Notes under the pieces: model-generated
What the model was told of the DNA's origin: nothing
Databases searched by the model: none
Seen by the model: only the letters and a program-made list of their open reading frames with translations
Shown here: positions 53,478-64,000 of the stretch, in pieces
Position numbering within the stretch: the first letter of the stretch is position 1
Layout: each line of letters begins with the position of its first letter
From: Thermoplasmatota archaeon
Lineage (GTDB): Archaea > Thermoplasmatota > Penumbrarchaeia > Penumbrarchaeales > Penumbrarchaeaceae
NCBI GenBank assembly: GCA_025457865.1
Contig: JALOTP010000001.1
Span: 14,616-78,615 of the forward strand
Length of the DNA: 64,000 bases
Reading direction: 5' to 3'
Program-made: the position numbers and the translations under genes

Positions 53478-56400
53478 TTGAAAGAGGTAGTGGAAGCATT
53501 CTTCAAGAGCAGGAACGTGATAAACCATCAGGTGGCGTCGTTCAACGATTTCCTCCCGACCCACGACAACCCCAAATCCAGGATGCAGAGGATAATTGAC
53601 TCCATCAGGATCGGGGAGGTCGACAACGAGCGCGGCCTAATAAGGCTCGACGTGGACAAGCTGGACGAGGAGAGCGTGGATATCAAACTCGGCCGGATCA
53701 CTGTAGGAACTCCCATTGTCAAGGAGGCCAACGGGGCCACGCACGACCTGACCCCTATGGAGGCCAGGCTTAGAGACCTGACATATTCCGCCCCCATATT
53801 CCTTGAGTTCACCATCATAGAGAACGGGGTTGACAGGGAGCCCGAGAAGGTCAAGATCGGCGACCTCCCCATAATGGTCAAGTCCAAGAGGTGCAACCTG
53901 CACCGTGAGATGGTAGGTCAGGACCGTACGCTCACGGACGACCAGTACTACAGGAAGCTGCAGGAACTGGGGGAGGACCCGCTTGACCCAGGCGGTTACT
54001 TCATCATCAATGGAACGGAGAGGTCCCTGATATCCCTCGAGGACCTGTCCCCCAACAGGGTGCTCGTAGAGTGGGAGGAGAAGTACGGGACCCCCGGCGC
54101 GGTAGCAAAGGTCTTCTCGCAGAAGGAAGGGTTCAGGGCCCTTACCTCGGTCGAGCTCAAGAAGGACAACATACTCATGGTGTCGGTACCGGCCGCACCC
54201 ACGCAGATCCCCCTCATCGTCCTCATGAAGGCCCTTGGCATGGATGCTGATGAGGACATCCACAGGGCGATCGTGTCCGATCCCAAGATGGACAACATCG
54301 TATATGCGAACCTTGAGGAATGTGGACTTGCCCACAGCGTTGCAACGATAGAGGATGCGTTGAACTATCTGGAGAAGAAGTTCGCCACGGGGCAGGCAAA
54401 GGAGTTCAGGGAGAAGAAGGTCGAATCCATCATAGACAAATCCCTTCTCCCACATCTTGGCGATCACAGGGACCAACGGATCAAGAAGGCCATATATCTG
54501 GGCAGGATAGCAAGGTCCGTTCTGGAGCTGAAGCTCGGTTATAGGGACCCGGATGACAAGGACCACTATGCCAACAAGAGGATATCCCTTGCAGGTGACC
54601 TGATGGAGGACCTTTTCAGGGTTGCGTTCACATCCCTGATGAAGGACCTAAAATACCAGCTGGAGAGGACCATCACAAGGAAGCGCAAGCTTCGTGTGTC
54701 ATCTTCCATAAGGCCCGACGTCCTGACCCAGAGGATGATACATGCCCTGGCCACCGGAAACTGGGTCGGAGGAAGGGATGGCGTATCACAGCTCCTTGAC
54801 AGGACCTGCAATATGGCCACAATCTCCCATCTTAGGAGGATCACTTCCCCACTTACCAGGTCCCAGCCCCATTTCGAGGCAAGGGACCTGCACCCGACAC
54901 AGTGGGGCAGGTTGTGCCCCAACGAGACCCCGGAAGGTCAGAACTGCGGTCTGGTCAAGAACCTGGCCCTCATAGTGGACATTTCCGAGGGCTATGATGA
55001 GAGGAAGCTAGAATCCACCCTCTTCGATATGGGGGTCAGGAGGATAGAGAAGGAGCTCACGGATGAATCGAAGGTCTATCTCAACGGTAACCTGATAGGG
55101 ATACACCATGACCCGAAGGGTCTGGTCGAGTCCATACGGAAGAGGAGGCGCCAGGGCTTCCTCGCGATGCCTCAGGAGAAGTCCTCGGAAATAAATGTGA
55201 GGTACAACCAGCAGATCAACTCCGTCATAGTCAACTGTGATGATGGCAGGGTTAGGAGACCTTTGTTCGCCCTGGAGAAAGGAGCGACGAAACTGACCGA
55301 GAGGATGAGGCAGTCGCTGGCCGAGTCGAAGATAACATGGGAGGACCTGGTCCAGCAGGGCGTCATCGAATGGATAGACGCCGAAGAGGAAGAAGACCTG
55401 TTCATAGCCATAGATGAGTCGCATCTGACCAACGACCAGACCCATATGGAGATAGACCCCATGGTGATCCTGGGGTCCTGCTCAGGCCTTGTATGCTATC
55501 CTTCCCATAACTCATCGCCCAGGATCACGATGGGTGCTGGAATGGCGAAGCAGTCACTGGGTCTCGGAGCATCCAACTACCGGATAAGGTGCGATACGAG
55601 AGGACATCTTCTCCATTATCCAGAAAGGCCTATGGTCCAGACCAAGACCATGGACTTCGTCAACTTCAATCAGAGACCGGGCGGTCAGAACTTCGTGGTG
55701 GCCGTGATGTCCTACCAGGGCTACAATATGGAGGACGCCCTCATATTCAACAAGGCTTCGATAGAAAGGGGCCTTGGAAGGTCCACGTTCATCAGGACCT
55801 ACCCGGTGGAGGAGAGAAGGTATCCAGGCGGCCAGGAGGACAGGATAGAGACCCCGAGCCCTGATGTGATGGGCGCCAGGGCCGAGGAGGCCTACAACTC
55901 CCTTGACGAGGACGGGATCATATCGCCCGAGTTCCAGGTCATGGGCAAGGACGTCCTGATTGGGAGGACATCCCCACCCAGGTTCCTGGAGGAGCACACG
56001 GACTTCCTCACCCCTCACAGAAGGAGGGAGACGTCCCTTACCGTCAGGCCTAGGGAGGAAGGCTATGTCGATACGGTCATGATCACTGAGTCCGAGAACG
56101 GGCTCAGGTTGGTCAAGGTCACCGTGAGGAGCGAGAAGGTCCCCGAAGTGGGTGACAAGTTCGCATCAAGGCACGGCCAGAAAGGTGTCATCGGTTACAT
56201 AGCCGGGCCAGATGAGATGCCGTTCACATCCGAAGGCATCGTTCCGGACCTCGTCACGAACCCCCACGCCATCCCTTCCAGGATGACCGTCGCCCATGTC
56301 CTTGAGATGATAGGTGGCAAGGTCGGTGCCATGGAGGGCAGGACCATAGACGGGACGGCCTTCTCGGGCGAACCTGAGGAGAGACTGCGTCATGAACTGG

Positions 56401-56891
56401 AGCAGCTCGGGTTCAAACCGACCGGCAAGGAGGTCATGTACGACCCCTTCACAGGAAAGAGGTTCAAGGTCGACCTATTCACCGGGGTCATATACTACCA
56501 GAAGCTCCACCACATGGTCTCCGGTAAGATGCATGTGAGGTCAAGGGGTCCGGTGCAGATCCTCACGAGGCAGCCCACAGAGGGACGTTCAAGACAGGGC
56601 GGTCTGAGGTTCGGTGAGATGGAGAGGGACTGCCTGATAGCCCACGGGGTGTCCATGGTCATCAAGGACAGGTTGCTCGATGAATCGGACGGGACCATCG
56701 AGTACGTCTGCGGAAACCCGAAATGCGGAAATGTGGCAATGCTCGATAAGCGCAACGCATTGAGATGCCCGGTCTGCGGTGAGACCGGAAACATCCATCC
56801 TGTCCAGACGAGCTATGCCTTCAAACTGCTCATGGACGAGCTGAAATCGATGTGCGTGGCCATGAGGTTGCAGTTGGAGGACCTCAAGTAG
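53478..56891 (+). CDS. rpoB: RNA polymerase subunit Rpo2 (unsplit B)
   Basis: 'GGYFIINGTER', 'CPNETPEGQNCGLVKN', 'GDKFASRHGQKG', 'RQPTEGRSRQGGLRFGEMERDC'; TTG start. Confidence 0.99.
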   Translation: MKEVVEAFFKSRNVINHQVASFNDFLPTHDNPKSRMQRIIDSIRIGEVDNERGLIRLDVDKLDEESVDIKLGRITVGTPIVKEANGATHDLTPMEARLRDLTYSAPIFLEFTIIENGVDREPEKVKIGDLPIMVKSKRCNLHREMVGQDRTLTDDQYYRKLQELGEDPLDPGGYFIINGTERSLISLEDLSPNRVLVEWEEKYGTPGAVAKVFSQKEGFRALTSVELKKDNILMVSVPAAPTQIPLIVLMKALGMDADEDIHRAIVSDPKMDNIVYANLEECGLAHSVATIEDALNYLEKKFATGQAKEFREKKVESIIDKSLLPHLGDHRDQRIKKAIYLGRIARSVLELKLGYRDPDDKDHYANKRISLAGDLMEDLFRVAFTSLMKDLKYQLERTITRKRKLRVSSSIRPDVLTQRMIHALATGNWVGGRDGVSQLLDRTCNMATISHLRRITSPLTRSQPHFEARDLHPTQWGRLCPNETPEGQNCGLVKNLALIVDISEGYDERKLESTLFDMGVRRIEKELTDESKVYLNGNLIGIHHDPKGLVESIRKRRRQGFLAMPQEKSSEINVRYNQQINSVIVNCDDGRVRRPLFALEKGATKLTERMRQSLAESKITWEDLVQQGVIEWIDAEEEEDLFIAIDESHLTNDQTHMEIDPMVILGSCSGLVCYPSHNSSPRITMGAGMAKQSLGLGASNYRIRCDTRGHLLHYPERPMVQTKTMDFVNFNQRPGGQNFVVAVMSYQGYNMEDALIFNKASIERGLGRSTFIRTYPVEERRYPGGQEDRIETPSPDVMGARAEEAYNSLDEDGIISPEFQVMGKDVLIGRTSPPRFLEEHTDFLTPHRRRETSLTVRPREEGYVDTVMITESENGLRLVKVTVRSEKVPEVGDKFASRHGQKGVIGYIAGPDEMPFTSEGIVPDLVTNPHAIPSRMTVAHVLEMIGGKVGAMEGRTIDGTAFSGEPEERLRHELEQLGFKPTGKEVMYDPFTGKRFKVDLFTGVIYYQKLHHMVSGKMHVRSRGPVQILTRQPTEGRSRQGGLRFGEMERDCLIAHGVSMVIKDRLLDESDGTIEYVCGNPKCGNVAMLDKRNALRCPVCGETGNIHPVQTSYAFKLLMDELKSMCVAMRLQLEDLK

Positions 56892-56894
56892 GGG

Positions 56895-59564
56895 GTGAAA
56901 AAGATGGTCAGCTATCAATACATTCCAAAGAAGATAAGCAGGATCCAGTTCGCGCTCATCTCCCCTGATGAGGTCAGGAAGATGTCGGCGACGAAGATCA
57001 TCACTGCGGACACCTATGATGATGATGGCTTCCCGATCGAGATGGGTCTCATGGACCCTAGGCTCGGTGTGATCGAGCCGGGTCTGAAGTGCAAGACCTG
57101 CGGAAGGAAGGTCGACGAGTGCCCTGGGCACTTCGGCCATATCGACCTCGCCATGCCCGTGATCCATGAGGGTTATACCAAGCTCATAAAGGAGCTCCTG
57201 CAGTCCATATGCAGGGCATGTGGAAGGGTGAAGCTTCCAAAGGAGAGGATGGACCTGTATCTAGGTAAGATAAGGGAGCTCGGCGACATATCGCTCCATC
57301 CTTTCCAGTTCCAGACCATGACCGACCAGATAAGGGACGAGGCCATGGATTCCATGCAGTGCCCTCACCCTGACTGCGGTGAGAAATGCAAGGCGATATC
57401 CCTTGACAAGCCAACGACCTTCCGGGAGGAGGGGCACAAGCTCACCCCCAAGGAGATAAGGGAGAGGCTCGAACGGATACCCGGTGAACAGCTGCCCCTT
57501 CTGGGCATAAACCCCGAGGTGGCCAGGCCAGAATGGATGATATTGACCAGTCTCCCTGTGCCCCCGGTGACCGTCAGACCCTCCATCACCCTCGAGTCCG
57601 GCGACAGGTCGGAGGACGACCTCACCCACAAGCTGGTAGATGTCCTGAGGATAAACCAGAGGCTCCAGGAGAACAGGGACTCCGGTGCTCCTCAGCTGAT
57701 AGTCGAGGACCTTTGGGAGCTCCTTCAATACCATATAACAACCTATTTCGACAACCAGACATCCGGTATTCCTCCGGCCAGGCACAGGTCCGGCAGGCCC
57801 TTGAAGACGCTCGCCCAGAGGCTCAAGGGCAAGGAGGGCAGGTTCAGGTCCAACCTCTCCGGTAAGAGGGTGAACTTCTCGGCCCGTACCGTCATTTCCC
57901 CTGACCCTTACATCTCGATCAACGAAGTGGGCGTCCCAAAGGAGATTGCCATGGAGCTGACCGTGCCCATAAGGGTCAACGAGTTCAATTTCGAACAGAC
58001 CAAGGAGTTCGTGCTTAGAGGACCAGAGGTCCATCCTGGAGCGAACTACATCATTAGACCGGACGGCCAAAGATTGAGATTGACCGACAAGAACAAGGAA
58101 TCCCTTCTCGAGAAGGTGATGGTCGGTTACGTCGTCGAGAGGCATCTCATGGATGGGGATATTGTCCTATTCAACAGGCAGCCCTCCCTCCACAGGATGT
58201 CCATGATGGCCCACGAGGTCAGGGTGATGGAGGGCAAGACCTTCCGCCTGAACCTTCCCGATTGTCCGCCATACAATGCGGATTTCGACGGTGACGAGAT
58301 GAACCTCCACTGCCTACAGGGGGAGGAAGCCAGGGCAGAGGCGATGATAATCATGAGGGTGCAGGAGCATATACTCTCGCCCAGGTTCGGAGGTCCGGTC
58401 ATAGGGGCTCTCCATGACCACATCTCAGGCAGTTTCAAACTGACATACAAGAACCCGATGTTCACCAAGGACGATGCCTACCACATCCTTTCCAGGACCT
58501 CCTACAAAGGCCCTCTCCCGGAACCAGATTCCGTTGGGGAGGATGGGGTGAAACGCTGGGGCGGGAGGACCATATTCTCCCTGATCCTTCCACCGGGGCT
58601 GCATATGGAATACCCGTCCGCCATCTTCACTGGCGATGAAACCTCCCGCAAGGAGGACACTTATGTCGTCATCGAACCCGATGACTCCGGCAGGTCCCTG
58701 CTGCGTTCCGGTGCGATAGACGAAAAGTCCATAGGCGCATTCAAGGGCAAGCTCCTGGAGAAGATAGTCCGTGACTTCGGTACCGATATCGGGAGGCAGT
58801 TCCTCGATGATGCCACCCGTCTTGCGATAGCGACCATAACCCTCATCGGGTTCTCGACCGGTATCGATGAAGAGGATATCCCAGAGGAGGCTAAGTTGAG
58901 GATCCAGGAGACCCTTGACGATGCGGAGAGGAAGGTCGATGATTATGTCAAGAAGTTCAACTCAGGTTATCTGGACCCTCTACCGGGCAGGGACCTGAAG
59001 GAGACATTAGAGGTCGAGGCCATGAAGACCCTCGGCCGGGCCAGGGACCAGGCTGGACAGATAGCCTCGAGGTACCTGGGTCTGGGCAATTCCGCGGTCA
59101 TAATGGCACGCTCCGGTGCAAGGGGCTCTATGCTCAACCTGTCACAGATGTCAGGTTCCATCGGCCAGCAGGCCGTGAGGGGCGAGAGGATCCAAAGGGG
59201 CTATCAGGGAAGGACCCTGCCCCATTTCAAGGTGAACGACCTCGGGGCAGCGGCCAAAGGTTTCGTCAAATCCTGTTACAAGAAGGGTCTGACCCCGACG
59301 GAGTACTTCTTCCACTCAATGGGAGGAAGGGAGGGCCTGGTGGACACTGCGGTCAGGACGAGCAGGTCCGGCTACATGCAGAGGCGTCTCATAAACGCGC
59401 TCGAGGACCTTAAGGTCCTCCCGGACCTAACCGTTAGGAACACCAGCGAAGTGATCGTTCAGTTCCTGTACGGGGAGGATGGGATAGACCCATCGAGGTC
59501 GGTCCGCTCGGAGCCGTTCGATTATGATGACATCATCATGACGGCCATGAGGGAGGTGGATTGA
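56895..59564 (+). CDS. rpoA1: RNA polymerase subunit Rpo1N (A')
   Basis: 'CPGHFGHI', 'LSGKRVNFSARTVI', catalytic 'YNADFDGDEMN', bridge helix 'DTAVRTSRSGYMQRRL'; start GTG 56895 or ATG 56904. Confidence 0.99.
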   Translation: MKKMVSYQYIPKKISRIQFALISPDEVRKMSATKIITADTYDDDGFPIEMGLMDPRLGVIEPGLKCKTCGRKVDECPGHFGHIDLAMPVIHEGYTKLIKELLQSICRACGRVKLPKERMDLYLGKIRELGDISLHPFQFQTMTDQIRDEAMDSMQCPHPDCGEKCKAISLDKPTTFREEGHKLTPKEIRERLERIPGEQLPLLGINPEVARPEWMILTSLPVPPVTVRPSITLESGDRSEDDLTHKLVDVLRINQRLQENRDSGAPQLIVEDLWELLQYHITTYFDNQTSGIPPARHRSGRPLKTLAQRLKGKEGRFRSNLSGKRVNFSARTVISPDPYISINEVGVPKEIAMELTVPIRVNEFNFEQTKEFVLRGPEVHPGANYIIRPDGQRLRLTDKNKESLLEKVMVGYVVERHLMDGDIVLFNRQPSLHRMSMMAHEVRVMEGKTFRLNLPDCPPYNADFDGDEMNLHCLQGEEARAEAMIIMRVQEHILSPRFGGPVIGALHDHISGSFKLTYKNPMFTKDDAYHILSRTSYKGPLPEPDSVGEDGVKRWGGRTIFSLILPPGLHMEYPSAIFTGDETSRKEDTYVVIEPDDSGRSLLRSGAIDEKSIGAFKGKLLEKIVRDFGTDIGRQFLDDATRLAIATITLIGFSTGIDEEDIPEEAKLRIQETLDDAERKVDDYVKKFNSGYLDPLPGRDLKETLEVEAMKTLGRARDQAGQIASRYLGLGNSAVIMARSGARGSMLNLSQMSGSIGQQAVRGERIQRGYQGRTLPHFKVNDLGAAAKGFVKSCYKKGLTPTEYFFHSMGGREGLVDTAVRTSRSGYMQRRLINALEDLKVLPDLTVRNTSEVIVQFLYGEDGIDPSRSVRSEPFDYDDIIMTAMREVD

Positions 59565-61772
<2,208 letters not shown>

Positions 61773-61776
61773 TCCG

Positions 61777-62067
61777 ATGGACATAAAGAGGGCGCTCAAG
61801 AACGCCAATGAAACGGGTACAGTGACCATTGGTCTCAAAGAGACCATCAAGGAGCTCAAGAAGGGGAAGGTCAAACTCATAATCGTGGCCAGCAACTGCC
61901 CTGAGGAGGATATGAAGGTCCTGAAGGGCTTCAAGGTCCCTCTATACCGGTTCACGGAGAACAACATGGACCTGGGTGCGGCAACAGGAAAACCATTCTC
62001 CATTTCCACACTGGGTGTCATAAATGCGGGCAAATCGGACATTCTAGCCCTCAAGGGAGAGTCTTAA
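61777..62067 (+). CDS. rpl30e: 50S ribosomal protein eL30
   Basis: 'TGTVTIGLKET', 'IIVASNCP', 'LGAATGKPF', 'GKSDIL'. Confidence 0.95.
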   Translation: MDIKRALKNANETGTVTIGLKETIKELKKGKVKLIIVASNCPEEDMKVLKGFKVPLYRFTENNMDLGAATGKPFSISTLGVINAGKSDILALKGES

Positions 62068-62071
62068 GGAT

Positions 62072-62103
62072 AGCAGGGTGGGGACTGGACATCACCCTTT
62101 GCT
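62072..62103 (+). terminator. Hairpin after rpl30e, likely the end of the rpo operon
   Basis: GCAGGGTG...CACCCTTTGC. Confidence 0.4.
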
Positions 62104-62137
62104 GCCTTTGGGTCAGTCGGTTTTCCCAACCATCCTT

Positions 62138-62155
62138 TAAAAACCTTTTTATATA
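62138..62155 (+). promoter_or_regulatory. BRE/TATA promoter of ftsZ
   Basis: TAAAAACC-TTTTTATATA about 70 nt upstream of the ATG. Confidence 0.65.
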
Positions 62156-62224
62156 GAATCGACGGTAGGGGGCTTGTTATTCCCAGCTAGTGTTCTATGA
62201 ACTAGAACGGACGGGGGTAGGAAA

Positions 62225-63442
62225 ATGAAGTCAATAATCAAGGGAGTCCTCGAGCGCGAGGAGCTAAGGACCAAGGGGTTATCCCCTCAGCCAGCGGCCC
62301 CGGCCGCTCCGGCGCGACCAGCCGCCTCTAACGGTGGATTCGTTCAGAGAATGACAAAGGAGACTAGGGTCCAGGCCACTGAGAAGGTCTCTGTGGACGG
62401 ACCGTCGGGTGCCAATCCCGAAGATGAGGAACTGAGGAGGGTCCTTGCAGGCCTCAGGACCAATATCAAGATCGTCGGCTGCGGTGGTGCTGGGAGCAAC
62501 ACCGTTAACAGGGTCGTGGAGGAAGGGGTGGTAGGCGCCGATATCTACGCGATCAATACGGATGCACAGCATTTGCTCACCATCCATTCACCTCACAAGA
62601 TCCTCATAGGCAGGAGGGCTACAAGGGGTCTCGGTGCTGGTTCCGTCCCTCAGATCGGGACAGAGGCCGCCAGGGAGGCAGAGGATGAGATAAGGGCAGC
62701 CCTTGTCAACTCGGATATCGTCTTCGTTACCTGCGGTCTCGGAGGCGGAACGGGTACCGGTTCAGCACCTGAGGTCGCAAGGATCGCCAGGGAGCTTGGG
62801 GCTCTCACCATCGCCATCGTCACCCAGCCCTTCAATGCGGAGGGAGTGGTGAGGATGCAGAACGCAGAGTATGGTCTGGACAAGCTCCAGGAGCACACCG
62901 ACACCGTGATAGTCATCCCCAATGACAAGCTCCTTGAGATAGTCCCCAGACTTCCACTGAACGCTGCCTTCAAGGTGGCCGATGAGATCCTGATGAGGTC
63001 CATAAAGGGCATCACCGAGATAATCACCAAGGTGGGTCTGGTCAACCTTGACTTCGCTGACCTTAAGACCATCATGAAGGGCGGCGGGGTCGCTATGATC
63101 GGAATAGGTGAGTCCGATGACGACGACAGGGCTATGAAGGCTGTGAATGCCGCACTTGACTCCCCCCTTCTCGAAGTTGAGATCCAGGACGCGACCGGCG
63201 CACTGGTCAACGTCTCTGGAGGAGAGAACATGACCGTGTCCGAAGCGGAGCTCGTAGCATCAGAGATCCACAAGAGGGTAAATCCGATGGCAAGGATCAT
63301 CTGGGGTGCCCAGATAGACCCGGAGCTTAGGGATACCATCAGGGTCATGCTGGTCATAACCGGTGTGAAGTCCAAACAGATATTCGGAAAATCGATAAGG
63401 AAGACGGGTGAATCCCGGTTCGGAATCGACTTCATCCGGTAG
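62225..63442 (+). CDS. ftsZ: Cell division protein FtsZ (FtsZ1 type by context)
   Basis: 'VGCGGAGSN', 'GGGTGTG', 'LVNLDFAD'; followed by secE-spt5. Confidence 0.98.
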   Translation: MKSIIKGVLEREELRTKGLSPQPAAPAAPARPAASNGGFVQRMTKETRVQATEKVSVDGPSGANPEDEELRRVLAGLRTNIKIVGCGGAGSNTVNRVVEEGVVGADIYAINTDAQHLLTIHSPHKILIGRRATRGLGAGSVPQIGTEAAREAEDEIRAALVNSDIVFVTCGLGGGTGTGSAPEVARIARELGALTIAIVTQPFNAEGVVRMQNAEYGLDKLQEHTDTVIVIPNDKLLEIVPRLPLNAAFKVADEILMRSIKGITEIITKVGLVNLDFADLKTIMKGGGVAMIGIGESDDDDRAMKAVNAALDSPLLEVEIQDATGALVNVSGGENMTVSEAELVASEIHKRVNPMARIIWGAQIDPELRDTIRVMLVITGVKSKQIFGKSIRKTGESRFGIDFIR

Positions 63443-63455
63443 AAGGGTGTTCCCG

Positions 63456-63716
63456 ATGGATATCCTGCGGAGCACATGGTCCAAGAGCTATGAATGGACC
63501 AAGCATTGGCAGATCGTACTGGAAGCCAAGGTCAAGCATGTCGGCCGCGGCCAGTATGGTAGGGTATTGAAGATGGCCAGGAAACCGACCAGCGAGGAAT
63601 ATTCCAAGACTATCATAGTCACAGGGATAGGGATAGCAATCATCGGGGCCCTTGGTTTCATCATATACCTGATCTGGGAGTATCTCCCGGACGTGGTAGA
63701 TTGGTTCGGGGTCTGA
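63456..63716 (+). CDS. secE: Protein translocase subunit SecE/Sec61-gamma
   Basis: '[14 protein letters not shown]...[15 protein letters not shown]'. Confidence 0.93.
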   Translation: MDILRSTWSKSYEWTKHWQIVLEAKVKHVGRGQYGRVLKMARKPTSEEYSKTIIVTGIGIAIIGALGFIIYLIWEYLPDVVDWFGV

Positions 63717-63752
63717 GGACCCTGCTTCGAATGTTGATGGAGGACGATCGAG

Positions 63753-64000
63753 ATGTCCACTGAAGAGCAGACGGCCCCTGCAGACACAGGTTCGGAGTTC
63801 CCCCGGACCATCTTTGCGATAAAGACAGCCCTGGGCCACGAGAAGACCGTGGCTGAGAACCTTGGCAACAAGGCCAAGAGGAAGGGGGCGCAGATAACCT
63901 CTATCATCGCACCGACAAAGCTCCGAGGGTATGTTCTCATAGAGGGTGTGAAGAACGAAAAGGCCATTGAGGAGCTCATCAAAGGGATGCAATATGTCCA
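63753..64000 (+). CDS. spt5: Transcription elongation factor Spt5/NusG (5' part; truncated by the window end)
   Basis: Hand translation '...IFAIKTALGHEKTVA...LRGYVLIEG...'; follows secE. Confidence 0.93.
   Translation, partial: MSTEEQTAPADTGSEFPRTIFAIKTALGHEKTVAENLGNKAKRKGAQITSIIAPTKLRGYVLIEGVKNEKAIEELIKGMQYV

Noticed and set aside
53637-58145. 309-aa and 294-aa minus-strand ORFs (53637-54566, 57261-58145) and many shorter ones
   Set aside because: Antisense to rpoB and rpoA1; no independent evidence.

Overview
Archaeal chromosomal segment, GC-rich by eye and most consistent with an uncultured Thermoplasmatota lineage. Supporting markers are an unsplit RpoB, a Trm56-HD fusion, AsnRS, an ArsR-like gene divergent from dnaG, and Thermoplasmata-type SecY loops. 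The core content is a complete rpl3-to-secY ribosomal superoperon, pheT/asnS/glyS, a dnaG-Lon-like ATPase-coiled-coil pair-tsaC-map-purM cluster, rpoH-B-A'-A''-rpl30e, ftsZ-secE-spt5 (truncated at the window end), and two intron-containing tRNAs. Several large membrane-anchored surface proteins are interleaved with these housekeeping genes. No CRISPR array, integrase, transposase or rRNA was seen. The most notable items are: (1) RNA polymerase subunit A'' with a ~370-aa N-terminal extension containing an HhH module and a probable PUA/EVE-like domain; (2) a protease-less Lon-type AAA+ ATPase with a Zn ribbon and a C-terminal -G-Y-E tail, a candidate 20S proteasome activator, followed by two coiled-coil proteins; (3) a D-loop (20/21) intron in tRNA-Lys(UUU); (4) SecY with two extra N-terminal TM helices; (5) an integrin-alpha-like surface protein; (6) a candidate small RNA with twin palindromic operators and structured leaders of rpl3 and dnaG. 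All family assignments come from motif recognition by eye; no database searches were run.
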